Source: Burkholderiales bacterium
Lineage (GTDB): Bacteria > Pseudomonadota > Gammaproteobacteria > Burkholderiales > SG8-41
Assembly (NCBI GenBank): GCA_964203275.1
Contig: CAXNMF010000016.1
Coordinates: forward strand, 7,723 to 71,722
Length of the DNA: 64,000 nt
Direction: 5' to 3'
The first letter of the stretch is position 1. Every line of letters begins with the position of its first letter. The notes under the pieces are model-generated. The model did not search any database and was not told where the DNA came from. It worked only from the letters and a program-made list of their open reading frames with translations. Below, piece by piece: positions 18,274-27,614 of the stretch. The translations under genes were made by a program, and so were the position numbers.

Positions 18274-19252
18274 ATGAAATTCATCGGATACGCATTCAGC
18301 GGCATGGTGATGGCAGCAGCATTGATCGCCGGACCGGTCTTCGCGGCGGAAACGGCAGACCAGTTTCCGTCGAAGCCGAGTCCGAATCATGGGGCAGGGT
18401 GCGGGCAGTACGGCGGATTATCTGTCGCGCTATATCGGTCAGAAACTGACCGAGCGCTGGCACCAGGCGGTGGTAGTCGATAATCGAGCCGGCGCCGGCG
18501 GCACGCTGGCTGCTGAAGTGGTGGCGAAGGCCACGCCCGACGGTTATTCGCTGATCATGGGCCATGCCGGTCCGATGGTCAGCGCGGTGTCGCTGTACAA
18601 GAACCTGCCCTATGACCCGCTTAAGGATTTTGCGCCGATCACCAAGACGGCGACGCTGGTCACGGTGCTGGTTTTGCATCCTTCGATCCCTGCGAAGAAT
18701 GTGCAGGAACTGGTGGCACTGGCCAAACAGAAAAACCTGACCTACGCGTCAGCCGGCAACGGCACCATCAGTCATCTGACCGGCGAATTGTTCAAGCAGG
18801 TGGCCAAGGTTGATGTGCAGCACGTGCCATACAAAAGCGCTGGTTTTGCGCTGACGTCGATCCTGTCGGGCGAGACGCAGATTTCATTCCTGTCGCCGAT
18901 CACTGCGTATGTGCAACTGAAGTCGGGCAAGTTGCGCGCGCTTGCGGTGTCGAGCACGGAACGTTTTGTGGCCGTTCCTGACATACCCAGCGCCACTGAA
19001 GCGGGCATTCCGGGAATGGTGGCTGAACTGTGGTTCGGTCTGTTCACGACGGCGAAAACGCCCAAGCCCATCGTCGCCAAGCTGAATCGCGAGATCACCG
19101 GCATCCTGCAGTCCCAGGAAGTGAAGGATGCCCTGCTGAAGCGCGGTGCCATTGTCGCGCCGGGCACACCGGATGAGCTGCAGGCTTTTGTGAAAAGCGA
19201 GTTGGCGAAATGGACTCCGATCATCAAGGCTTCGGGTATCAAGGCTGACTAA
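18274..19252 (+). pseudogene. Bug/TctC-family substrate-binding gene disrupted by an apparent 1-nt insertion (or a sequencing error)
   Basis: The signal peptide through FPSKP is in one frame (18274..18483). The rest of the Bug core (VRIMGQGAGSTADY...DNRAGAGG...PDGYSL) is in the +1 frame (ORF 18389..19252). Removing one base near 18379 restores KP-VRIMGQGAGS. Confidence 0.75.
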
Positions 19253-19316
19253 GTCCGTATCCCGCAAGAATGCTTGTTGTTCTATATAAGTATATGAATT
19301 TATTGGAGAAATATTA

Positions 19317-20675
19317 ATGGCGCGGAAGAAAAAACCAGTCGAGCCGAAACTCATCAAGACCGCCGGCATCAATCCGAAAAAAGGAATTTCGACAGCGCCT
19401 GATGTGTTGTTCGATCCGGCGGATCCCGGACATCGCTGGGAGCGTCCGCTGCAGGCGCCGGGGCGCATGCAGGTCGACTTCGAGGAGCGCGTGAATTTCC
19501 AGCGCCTGCATGAATACCGCCTCGCGCGCACGCGTAATTCGCTGGCCAAATCCAAGCTCGGCGCGTTGCTGGTGTTCGACCAGATCAACATGCGCTACAT
19601 CTCGAGCACGGTGATCGGCGAATGGGCGCGCGACAAGCTGACGCGCTGGTGTTTGCTCACCGGCAACGGCGACCCCTGGGTCTGGGATTTCGGCTCTGCA
19701 GTGCGTCATCACAAATTGTATGCGCCCTGGCTGCCCACCAACCACAGCATCCCGGGCCTGACCGGCCTGCGCGGCGCCGTGTCGCCGAAAGTCGGCCTTT
19801 TTGAGGCGGCGGCCAAGGAGATCTACGACATCCTCGTGCAGGAGGGTGTGGCCGACATGCCGATCGGCATCGACGTCGTCGAGCCGCCGTTCCTGTTCGC
19901 GTTGCAGAAGCTCGGCCTGAAAGTGATGGACGGCCAGCAGGTGATGCTTGATGCACGCGAAATCAAAAGCCACGACGAAATCACGCTGCTCAACATGGCG
20001 GCATCAATGGGCGACGGCGTGTACCAGGACATCTTCGAAGCGCTGAAGCCGGGCGTGCGCGAAAACGAAATTGTCGCGATGGCCGCCAAGCGTTTTTACG
20101 AAATGGGTTCGGACTGCGTCGAGGCGGTCAACGCGATTGCCGGCGAGCGCTGCAGCCCGCATCCGCACAATTTCACCGACCGCATGATCCGCCCCGGCGA
20201 CCAGGCCTACTTCGACCTGATCCACTCCTACATGGGCTACAAGACCTGCTACTACCGCACCTTCACGGTGGGTTCGGCGACCGCGGCCCAGCACGATGCC
20301 TACCGCAAGGCGCGGGAATGGATGGACAGCGCCATCGATTCGCTGAAGCCCGGTGTCAGCACCGACCGCGTGGTGCAGGCCTTTCCGAAAGCCCAGGAAA
20401 TCGGTTTTGAAACCGAGATGGCGGCTTTCGGCCTGAACTTCTGCCATGGCCTCGGCCTCGGTCTGCACGAGCGGCCTCTGATCTCGCGGCTGAACTCGTT
20501 TAAGGATCCGTACGAACTGAAAGCAGGCATGGTGTTCGCGGTCGAGACCTTCTGTCCGGCCAAGGACGGTGTGTCCGCCGCGCGCATCGAGGAGGAAGTG
20601 GTGCTGACACCCGACGGCGCGAAAATCATCACGCTGTTCCCGGCGCAGGAACTGCCGATCGCGAATAAATATTGA
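19317..20675 (+). CDS. M24-family metallopeptidase (creatinase/prolidase fold)
   Basis: 452 aa with a creatinase-like N-domain and a pita-bread C-domain (FDLIHSYMGY, CHGLGLGLHERP, ARIEEEVVLT). Confidence 0.8.
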   Translation: MARKKKPVEPKLIKTAGINPKKGISTAPDVLFDPADPGHRWERPLQAPGRMQVDFEERVNFQRLHEYRLARTRNSLAKSKLGALLVFDQINMRYISSTVIGEWARDKLTRWCLLTGNGDPWVWDFGSAVRHHKLYAPWLPTNHSIPGLTGLRGAVSPKVGLFEAAAKEIYDILVQEGVADMPIGIDVVEPPFLFALQKLGLKVMDGQQVMLDAREIKSHDEITLLNMAASMGDGVYQDIFEALKPGVRENEIVAMAAKRFYEMGSDCVEAVNAIAGERCSPHPHNFTDRMIRPGDQAYFDLIHSYMGYKTCYYRTFTVGSATAAQHDAYRKAREWMDSAIDSLKPGVSTDRVVQAFPKAQEIGFETEMAAFGLNFCHGLGLGLHERPLISRLNSFKDPYELKAGMVFAVETFCPAKDGVSAARIEEEVVLTPDGAKIITLFPAQELPIANKY

Positions 20676-20683
20676 GGAAAAGC

Positions 20684-20814
20684 TTTAACCGCCAAGTCGC
20701 CAAGAGCGCCAAGAAGGTCAAAAACTTAAACTTCTCGTTTTTGATTTTTAAAGGATTTCTTGGCGCTCTTGGCGTACCCGTCAAGCGGGTATTAAAAAGA
20801 ACCTTGGCGGTAAA
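20684..20814. repeat. Structured palindromic intergenic element, copy 1 (CCAAG-type arms; the right arm is split by a 28-nt insertion that forms its own hairpin)
   Basis: The left arm is tttaaccgccaagtcgccaagagcgccaagaa. The right arm is ttcttggcgctcttggcg ... cttggcggtaaa. Confidence 0.8.
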
Positions 20815-20837
20815 CAGATTTTGAATCAGGAGTTAAA

Positions 20838-21863
20838 TTGGATACCAAATTGAAAAGCAAAAAATCCGCTGCGGCGGAGGACGATATCGGCCGCGACATC
20901 CGGCTGGAATTGTTCCGCATGCAGCTTGAACTGCGGCTCTGCGAAAAACGCGCCTATGATCTGTTCCTGCAGAACCTGATCAAGGGCACCAGCCATCTGT
21001 CGCTGGGGCAGGAAGCGATTGCCGCCGCCTTCGGCGTGGCGATGCGTCCCGATGATTGGACTTTCTGCACCTATCGCGGTCATGCGCATACGCTGGCGCG
21101 CGGGGCCTCGATGAGCGGTGTGCTCGGTGAACTGATGGGGCGTGAATGCGGTCTGCTCGGCGGCAAGGGCGGCTCGATGCATCTGACCGATGTGAGCAAA
21201 GGCGCGATGGGTTCGTACGCAATCATCGGTGCGCATCTGCCGGTGGCGGCGGGTGCGGCGTGGAGCGCGCAGTACCGCGGCACTGAACAGGTTTCCGTAT
21301 GTTTCTTCGGCGACGGTACCACCAACATCGGCGCTTTCCATGAAGCGCTGAACTTCGCGGTGATCTGGAAGCTGCCGGTGATCTTCGTCTGCGAAAACAA
21401 TCTGTACATGGAATACACGCCGATTCATACCGTGACGGCGGTGGAGCATCCGGCGGCGGATCGTGCATCGGCCTACGGACTGGAGAAAATTGTCGTTGAC
21501 GGCAATGATGCCGATGCGGTCTATCGCACCGCGACCAAATACATCGACCGTGCGCGCAAGGGTGGTGGTCCGGCGCTGATCGAGTGCATGACCTACCGCC
21601 ACTCGGGTCACTCTCGTGCCGATCCGGGTAAATACCGCCCGGAAGGCGAGCTGGAAAAATGGCTCGAACGCGACCCGATCAAGATTTACCGTGAACGCCT
21701 GTTGGGCCTCGGCATCGTCGACGCCACTCTGAAAGACATTGAGGATGAAGTGACGCAACAAGTGAATGAGGCGACCGAGGTCGCCAAGGCATCAGCACCG
21801 CCGTCGCTGGACGGCATCTATCAGCATGTCTGGGCCGATGGAGGTGCGTCATGGCGGAACTGA
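20838..21863 (+). CDS. Thiamine-diphosphate-dependent 2-oxoacid dehydrogenase E1 alpha subunit (acetoin/pyruvate/BCKA-type)
   Basis: TPP motif GDGTTNIGAFHEALNFA...VCENN. TTG start with AGGAG 5 nt upstream. It overlaps the E1 beta start by 13 nt. Confidence 0.9.
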   Translation: MDTKLKSKKSAAAEDDIGRDIRLELFRMQLELRLCEKRAYDLFLQNLIKGTSHLSLGQEAIAAAFGVAMRPDDWTFCTYRGHAHTLARGASMSGVLGELMGRECGLLGGKGGSMHLTDVSKGAMGSYAIIGAHLPVAAGAAWSAQYRGTEQVSVCFFGDGTTNIGAFHEALNFAVIWKLPVIFVCENNLYMEYTPIHTVTAVEHPAADRASAYGLEKIVVDGNDADAVYRTATKYIDRARKGGGPALIECMTYRHSGHSRADPGKYRPEGELEKWLERDPIKIYRERLLGLGIVDATLKDIEDEVTQQVNEATEVAKASAPPSLDGIYQHVWADGGASWRN

Positions 21864-22828
21864 CCTACCGCGACGCGGTTGCTGCGGGTATCGCGCAGGA
21901 GATGGCGCGCGATGAGCGCGTAGTGTTCCTCGGCGAGGACATTGCCGCCGCCGGCGGCGTGTTCAAGGCTACGGTCGGCCTGCTCGACAAGTTCGGTCCG
22001 AAACGCGTGCGCGACACGCCGATTTCGGAACAGGCGATCCTCGGTGCGGCCATGGGCGCGGCGATGACCGGCCTGCGGCCGATTGCCGAAATCATGTTCT
22101 CCGACTTCCTTGCGGTGTGCTGGGATATCGTCGCCAACGAGATCGCCAAATCGCGTTACATGACCAACGGCCAGGTGCAGGTGCCGCTGGTGATCCGCAC
22201 CGCCAACGGTGCAGGTTCGCGTTTCGGTGCGCAGCACTCGCAGTCGGTGGAAAACTGGGCAATGATGATTCCGGGCATCAAGGTCGTTGCGCCGGCCTTC
22301 CCGGCCGACGTCAAAGGCTTGATCGCTGCCGCGGTGCGCGATGAAGACCCGGTGATCGTGTTCGAGCAGAAGTCGCTGTATCCGATGAAGGGCGAAGTGC
22401 CCGACGGCGAACATGTCGACGAACTGGGCAAGGCGCGCGTATTGCGCCGGGGCAAGGACTGCACGATTGTTGCGCTGGCACTGATGGTGCACCGCGCGCT
22501 GGCGGCAGCGGAAATTCTCGAGAAGGAACACGGCATTTCCTGCACGGTGGTCGATGTGCGTTCGCTGGTACCTCTCGATACGACGACTATCCTCGCCGAA
22601 GTGGCGTTGACCGGTCGGCTGGTGACGGTCGAAGAGAACCCGCGACTGTGCGGCTGGGGTGCGGAAGTGGCTTCGATCATCGCCGATGAATGTTTCTGGG
22701 AACTCGATGGCCCGATCATCCGCATCACCACGCCGCATATTCCGCTGCCTTCGGCCGACCAGCTGGAAGACAACACCATCCCGTCGGTGGAGCGCATCGT
22801 GCACGAGATCGTGGAGAAGATTGATTAA
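21851..22828 (+). CDS. 2-oxoacid dehydrogenase E1 beta subunit
   Basis: 325 aa with the transketolase-like pyrimidine-binding and C-terminal domains (DTPISEQAILGAAMGAA). Confidence 0.9.
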   Translation: MAELTYRDAVAAGIAQEMARDERVVFLGEDIAAAGGVFKATVGLLDKFGPKRVRDTPISEQAILGAAMGAAMTGLRPIAEIMFSDFLAVCWDIVANEIAKSRYMTNGQVQVPLVIRTANGAGSRFGAQHSQSVENWAMMIPGIKVVAPAFPADVKGLIAAAVRDEDPVIVFEQKSLYPMKGEVPDGEHVDELGKARVLRRGKDCTIVALALMVHRALAAAEILEKEHGISCTVVDVRSLVPLDTTTILAEVALTGRLVTVEENPRLCGWGAEVASIIADECFWELDGPIIRITTPHIPLPSADQLEDNTIPSVERIVHEIVEKID

Positions 22829-22834
22829 AGACTG

Positions 22835-22937
22835 TTTAACCGCCAAGACGCCAAGAGCACCAAGAAAACCAATCATAACTAAAAACAAGATGTTTTGTTT
22901 TTGCCCTTCTTGGCGCTCTTGGGGTCTTGGCGGTAAA
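22835..22937. repeat. Structured palindromic intergenic element, copy 2 (CCAAG-type arms)
   Basis: tttaaccgccaagacgccaagagcaccaagaa ... 40-nt loop ... ttcttggcgctcttggggtcttggcggtaaa. It fills the E1beta-E2 gap. Confidence 0.85.
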
Positions 22938-22956
22938 TGAACTTCGGGAGCAGCAC

Positions 22957-24210
22957 ATGAATGTGATCATGCCGCAGCTCGGCGAGACCGTGGCCGAGGG
23001 CGTAGTGACCAAGTGGTACAAAAAAGTCGGCGATGCCGTGAAGGTCGATGAGACTTTGTTCGACGTCGAGACCGACAAGGTCAGCACCGAGATTCCGTCT
23101 CCGGTGGCGGGGGTTATTGCCGAGATCGTGGTTGCAGAGGGCGTCACCGCGAAGGTCGGTGCCACGCTGGCGGTCATCCGTGAAAGCGGTGATGCAAATG
23201 CGCCCGCCAAGCCTGCGGCTGTTGCGCCCGCAGCGGTCAGCGCTGGTCCTGTGGCGGCTGTTGCTACACCGGTGGTTTCTCAGATGCCTTCGGGCCGACC
23301 GCGGGTCAACGCTGCCGACCGGCTGTCGCCGGTGGTACGCCGACTGGTCGCCGAGCACAACCTCAATCCTGCGGACATCACCGGCAGCGGCCGCGATGGC
23401 CGCATCACCCGTGAAGACGTCAAAGACTACATCGCGCGCCGCGGCTCGCGTCCGGCATCTGCGCAGGTTGCTGCCGCAGCGCCGGCATCGTTGCAGGCCG
23501 GACAGACGGTGGCCTTCAACGGCATCCGCAAACGCGTTGCCGAGAACACCGCGAAGTCCTGGCAGACCGCGCCGCATGTGCTGCAGGTGGCCGAAGCCGA
23601 TTTCCTGCGTGTTGATCAGGCGCGCAAGTTGCACGGCGCGGCATGGAAGGCGCGCGAAGGTTTTTCACTGACCTATCTGCCGTTCATCGTGCGTGCAGTG
23701 TCGATTGCGCTGGGCAAGTTTCCCAAGCTCAATGCCAGCCTGCAGGGCGATGGTCTGGTTCTGCATCGCCGGATCAATATCGGCATTGCTGTCGACCTGA
23801 ACTTCGACGGGCTGGTGGTGCCGGTGCTGAAGGATGTTCCGGCCAAATCGTTGCCGCAAATTGCGCGCGAGATCAACGATCTGGCGCAGCGCGCCCGCGC
23901 CGGCAAGCTGCGTCCGGACGAGATGACCGAAGGCACTTACACCATCACCAACAACGGCGCCTTCGGCACGGTGATCACCGCACCGATCATCAATCAGCCA
24001 CAGGTGGCGATCCTGTCCGCCGACGGCATCCGCAAAAAACCTGTGGTGATCGAGAGCGACGGCGGCGATTCCATTGCGATTCGTCCGGTCGGCGTGCTGG
24101 CGCAGAGTTTCGATCATCGCGCGGTGGACGGTTCCTATTCCGCGGCTTTCCTCGCCGAAGTTAAAAATGCGATCGAAACCCGTAACTGGGAGCAGGCGCT
24201 GGAAGCCTGA
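22957..24210 (+). CDS. Dihydrolipoamide acyltransferase (E2) component
   Basis: Lipoyl domain (ETDKVSTEIPSPVAG), Ala/Pro linker, E3-binding domain (SPVVRRLVAEHNL) and a catalytic domain with DHRAVDG. The start is ATG 22957 with RBS GGGAG. Confidence 0.9.
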   Translation: MNVIMPQLGETVAEGVVTKWYKKVGDAVKVDETLFDVETDKVSTEIPSPVAGVIAEIVVAEGVTAKVGATLAVIRESGDANAPAKPAAVAPAAVSAGPVAAVATPVVSQMPSGRPRVNAADRLSPVVRRLVAEHNLNPADITGSGRDGRITREDVKDYIARRGSRPASAQVAAAAPASLQAGQTVAFNGIRKRVAENTAKSWQTAPHVLQVAEADFLRVDQARKLHGAAWKAREGFSLTYLPFIVRAVSIALGKFPKLNASLQGDGLVLHRRINIGIAVDLNFDGLVVPVLKDVPAKSLPQIAREINDLAQRARAGKLRPDEMTEGTYTITNNGAFGTVITAPIINQPQVAILSADGIRKKPVVIESDGGDSIAIRPVGVLAQSFDHRAVDGSYSAAFLAEVKNAIETRNWEQALEA

Positions 24211-24222
24211 AATACAAAAACC

Positions 24223-24338
24223 TTTAGCCACAGAGGGCACAGAGGACACAGAGAAAAACCAAAGAAAATTCCGATGGGGCAAGGTTGAAAATCCCTGCTT
24301 TTGCAGTTCTCTGTGCTCTCTGTGTCCTCTGTGGCTAA
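24223..24338. repeat. Structured palindromic intergenic element, copy 3 (CACAGAG-type arms, same architecture)
   Basis: tttagccacagagggcacagaggacacagagaa ... 51-nt loop ... ttctctgtgctctctgtgtcctctgtggctaa. Confidence 0.85.
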
Positions 24339-24375
24339 TGCTTTTGAACTTGATCTTGATTTTTAAGGAAACCAA

Positions 24376-25299
24376 ATGTCAGACATGAAAAAACACAAAC
24401 TCGGCTGGATCGGCATCGGCCGCATGGGTTACGCAATGGCGGAGCGGCTGGCCAAGGCGGGCTGCGACATCACCGTGTGGAACCGCACCAAATCCAAGGC
24501 CGAACCGCTGGCCAAGTCCGGCGCTAAAGTCGCCGACAACCTGACCGACCTCGCTGGCTGTGACATCGTGTTCACCATGGTGTCCACCGGCAAGGACGTC
24601 AAGGAAGTGCTGTTCGGCGAGAAGGGCGTGATGTCCAAGGGCGGCAAGCCGAAGATGATCGTCGACAGCACATCAATCTCGCTGGAAGAATCCGCTGAAA
24701 TTCGCGCCAAGCTGGGCGAGAAGGGCATTCAGATGTTGGCCGCACCGGTATCGGGTAATGCCAAGGTCATCAAGGCCGGCAAGCTGACCGTGGTGGCATC
24801 GGGTCCCGAGGATGCGTTCAAGGCGGTGAGCCCCTATCTCGAGGCCATCGGCCGCGGCGTGTCTTATGTCGGCGACGGCGAACTGTCGCGTATCGCCAAG
24901 ATCTGCCACAACGTGATGCTCGGCGTGGTGATTCAGAACCTGTGTGAAATAACCGTGCTCGCAGAAAAGGCCGGCATGCAGCGTCATGCTTTCCTCGATT
25001 TTCTCAACAAGAGCGTGATGGGTTCGATGTTCACCGCCTACAAGACCCCGGCGCTGTCGAATCTGGATTTCCACGTCACCTTTACTCCGGAACTGCTGCG
25101 CAAGGACATCGACCTCGGACTGGCTGCAGGCCGCACCTACGGCGTTCCGATGCCGACGACCAGCGTCACGCGCGATCTCGTGCAAACCCTGATCGGGAAC
25201 GGCTATGATCAGGACTTCTCGCAGTTGTTGTTGTTGCAGGCCAAGGCATCCGGCGTCGAACTCAAATCCGAGAATGTGGATATCGGCGACGGACTCTGA
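24376..25299 (+). CDS. NAD(P)-dependent oxidoreductase, 3-hydroxyisobutyrate/6-phosphogluconate dehydrogenase-like family
   Basis: N-terminal LGWIGIGRMGYAMAERL Rossmann motif and a HIBADH-like layout. Confidence 0.85.
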   Translation: MSDMKKHKLGWIGIGRMGYAMAERLAKAGCDITVWNRTKSKAEPLAKSGAKVADNLTDLAGCDIVFTMVSTGKDVKEVLFGEKGVMSKGGKPKMIVDSTSISLEESAEIRAKLGEKGIQMLAAPVSGNAKVIKAGKLTVVASGPEDAFKAVSPYLEAIGRGVSYVGDGELSRIAKICHNVMLGVVIQNLCEITVLAEKAGMQRHAFLDFLNKSVMGSMFTAYKTPALSNLDFHVTFTPELLRKDIDLGLAAGRTYGVPMPTTSVTRDLVQTLIGNGYDQDFSQLLLLQAKASGVELKSENVDIGDGL

Positions 25300-25320
25300 T
25301 CGTTAACAGGAGGAGGGATC

Positions 25321-26283
25321 GTGAAAAAAACAGTAAAACTGATTCTTGCGGCACTGGCTTTATGCAGCGCTTCGGCTGTCGCCGCGGATTATCCGACCAA
25401 ACCGGTGCGTTTCATTGTTGCTTTCCCGCCAGGCAGCGCGACTGACATCGTCGGTCGCCTATATACACAGAAGTGGACGGAAATGTGGGGGCAGACGGTG
25501 ATCGCCGACAACCGGCCCGGCGCCGGCGGCTCGATCGCGGCGGCGATTGCGGCAAAGTCCAACCCCGACGGTTATACGCTGCTGATGCATTCTTCGGGCC
25601 ACACGGTCAATCCTTCGCTGTATGCCAAGCTGCCCTTCGATACGCTGAAAGATTTTGTTGATATCGGCCCGCTGGCGCAGCAGCCCAACGTGATGGTGAC
25701 GCACCCGAGCAGCCCGTACAAGACCGTGCAGGATGTGTTGAGTGCAGCGAAAGCCAAGCCCGGTGTGCTCAACTTCGCTTCGGCCGGCGTCGGCAGCGGC
25801 ACGCACCTGAACCTCGAGAAACTGAAGCTGATGGCCAAGGTCGACATGAATCATGTCCCGTACAAAGGTTCTGCTGAAGCCATGGCCGATGTGGTTGGCG
25901 GCCGCGTCGATTTCTATTTCGCGCCGGTATCGACGATGCAGGGGCAGTTGCAGGCGGGGAAGGTCCGTGCGATTGCGGTCAGCACGATCAAGCGCAGCAG
26001 CGTGCTGCCCAGCGTGCCGACCATCGCGGAGTCCGGCGTGCCGGGCTTCGATTTCTCGCTGTGGTTCGGCGTATGGGCGCCGACCGGGGTGCCGCAACCG
26101 GTGATTGCCAAGATCGCCAGTTCGATCAAGGCGGCGGGCAACGACCCCGCGGTCAAGAGCAAGCTGGCCGGCCTCGGCAACGAGCCGATGGAAATGGCGC
26201 CGGCGCAGTTCGCCAAGTTTGTGCGTGAGGAAATCGCGACAGGCGCGACGGTGCTGAAAGCGGCGGGCATCAAGCCGCAATAA
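25321..26283 (+). CDS. Bug/TctC-family substrate-binding protein
   Basis: GTG start after AGGAGGAGGG. Signal peptide, then YPTKPVRFIVAFPPGSATD, DNRPGAGG and PDGYTLL. Confidence 0.9.
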   Translation: MKKTVKLILAALALCSASAVAADYPTKPVRFIVAFPPGSATDIVGRLYTQKWTEMWGQTVIADNRPGAGGSIAAAIAAKSNPDGYTLLMHSSGHTVNPSLYAKLPFDTLKDFVDIGPLAQQPNVMVTHPSSPYKTVQDVLSAAKAKPGVLNFASAGVGSGTHLNLEKLKLMAKVDMNHVPYKGSAEAMADVVGGRVDFYFAPVSTMQGQLQAGKVRAIAVSTIKRSSVLPSVPTIAESGVPGFDFSLWFGVWAPTGVPQPVIAKIASSIKAAGNDPAVKSKLAGLGNEPMEMAPAQFAKFVREEIATGATVLKAAGIKPQ

Positions 26284-26303
26284 ATTCGGCATTAGGACAA
26301 GCA

Positions 26304-26336
26304 GGCGGCACAGTGTTGTGCCGCCTTTTCTTTTTT
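26304..26336 (+). terminator. Rho-independent terminator
   Basis: ggcggcaca-gtgt-tgtgccgcc (9-bp stem) followed by ttttctttttt. Confidence 0.85.
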
Positions 26337-26374
26337 GAATTGTCATTGCAACCTCAATCATTTCAGGAGTTTTT

Positions 26375-27589
26375 GTGAGTACTGTTGCCAGCAACCCTTT
26401 GAATCTCGAAGCCCGCCTGCATTCGGTGATGCAGCAGCAGTACCCGCGTTTCTCCGACGCTGAATACGCGCGGCGTCGTTCCGCGCTGGCCGTGGCAATG
26501 GAAAAGCATGGTTGCGATCATCTTCTGGTGGTGACCGACCACCGTGCCGGCAATGCCGTGCAGTGGACGACCGGCTGGCCCGGCACCGTCGAGGCCTATG
26601 TCGTGTTCAAACCCGGCGAGCGCATGGTCATGCACATGGAATGGTTCAACCACTTCCCGCTCGGTCGCAAGATTGCCAGCGACGTTGATGTGCGCTGGGG
26701 GCAGCATCAGGGCATTGCGCTGACCATCGCGGAACTGAAGCAGCGTGGCGCGAAGCGTGTCGGTCTGATCGGGCCGTTGGTGGTGTCCAAATTCCGCCAG
26801 CTCGAAGCGGCCTTCGATATGGTGCTGCTGGACGCCGATTACACACAGTTGCGCATGCGCAAGTCGGAAGAGGAAATCGACTGGTTGCGCATCGGTGCAG
26901 CGCTGTCCGATGCCGGATTGCGTGCGCTGGTCGCCGGTACGCGCGCAGGCATGGATGAACGCGAACTCGGTGCGCTGGTGGAAAGCGCGTATGTCAAACA
27001 TGGCGGCACGACGATGATCCATTACATCGGCGTGACGTCAATGTCGCAGCCGCATATCTACGTGCCGCCGCAGCATCCCTCGCCGCGCAAGGTGCAGGCA
27101 GGCGATGTCATTTTCTGTGAGCTATCCGCCTTCTGGTGGGATTACCCGGGACAGATCCTGCGCACCTTCACCGTCGATGCTGATCCGACACCACGTTATG
27201 CCGATCTGCATGCGACTGCCGAGGCCACTTTTGATGCTGTGACCAAAGTGCTCCGGCACGGCGCCACCATGCAGGAGATCATGGACGCCACCGACCTGAT
27301 TGAGCGGAAGGGCTACACCGTCTGCGACGACCTGGTGCATGGTTTCGGCGGCGGTTATTTCCAGCCCATCATCGGGACCAAAAGCCGCATGGCCGGACGC
27401 GCACTGCCGCAGATGACGCTGGAAGAAAACATGACTGTGGTGGTGCAGCCGAATCCGGTGACCACCGAAGCTGATGAATCGAAACGTTCCGGCGTGCAGG
27501 TTGGTGAATTGATGCGGATAACGCGTGACGGTTGTGAGCCGCTGCACCGTGCGCCGCGCGGGCTATTCCGGGCCGGGCAGATGATCTGA
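26375..27589 (+). CDS. M24-family metallopeptidase (Xaa-Pro peptidase/creatinase-like)
   Basis: 404 aa with the pita-bread fold pattern (GDVIFCELSAFWWDY, VHGFGGG, VQVGELMRIT). Confidence 0.8.
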   Translation: MSTVASNPLNLEARLHSVMQQQYPRFSDAEYARRRSALAVAMEKHGCDHLLVVTDHRAGNAVQWTTGWPGTVEAYVVFKPGERMVMHMEWFNHFPLGRKIASDVDVRWGQHQGIALTIAELKQRGAKRVGLIGPLVVSKFRQLEAAFDMVLLDADYTQLRMRKSEEEIDWLRIGAALSDAGLRALVAGTRAGMDERELGALVESAYVKHGGTTMIHYIGVTSMSQPHIYVPPQHPSPRKVQAGDVIFCELSAFWWDYPGQILRTFTVDADPTPRYADLHATAEATFDAVTKVLRHGATMQEIMDATDLIERKGYTVCDDLVHGFGGGYFQPIIGTKSRMAGRALPQMTLEENMTVVVQPNPVTTEADESKRSGVQVGELMRITRDGCEPLHRAPRGLFRAGQMI

Positions 27590-27614
27590 GCGCCTGCGCT
27601 GCTAGAATCGGCGC

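Noticed and set aside
19317-20675. Possibility that the 452-aa M24 protein is a DddP-type DMSP lyase
   Set aside because: Only the size and fold class agree. I could not align diagnostic residues from memory with any confidence, so I kept the generic M24 call.
20826-22888. Long antisense ORFs (20826..21761, 311 aa; 21821..22888, 355 aa) opposite the E1alpha/E1beta genes
   Set aside because: They are Arg/His/Ala-rich translations with no motifs and lie fully opposite genes with clear TPP-enzyme signatures. These are typical shadow ORFs of high-GC DNA.
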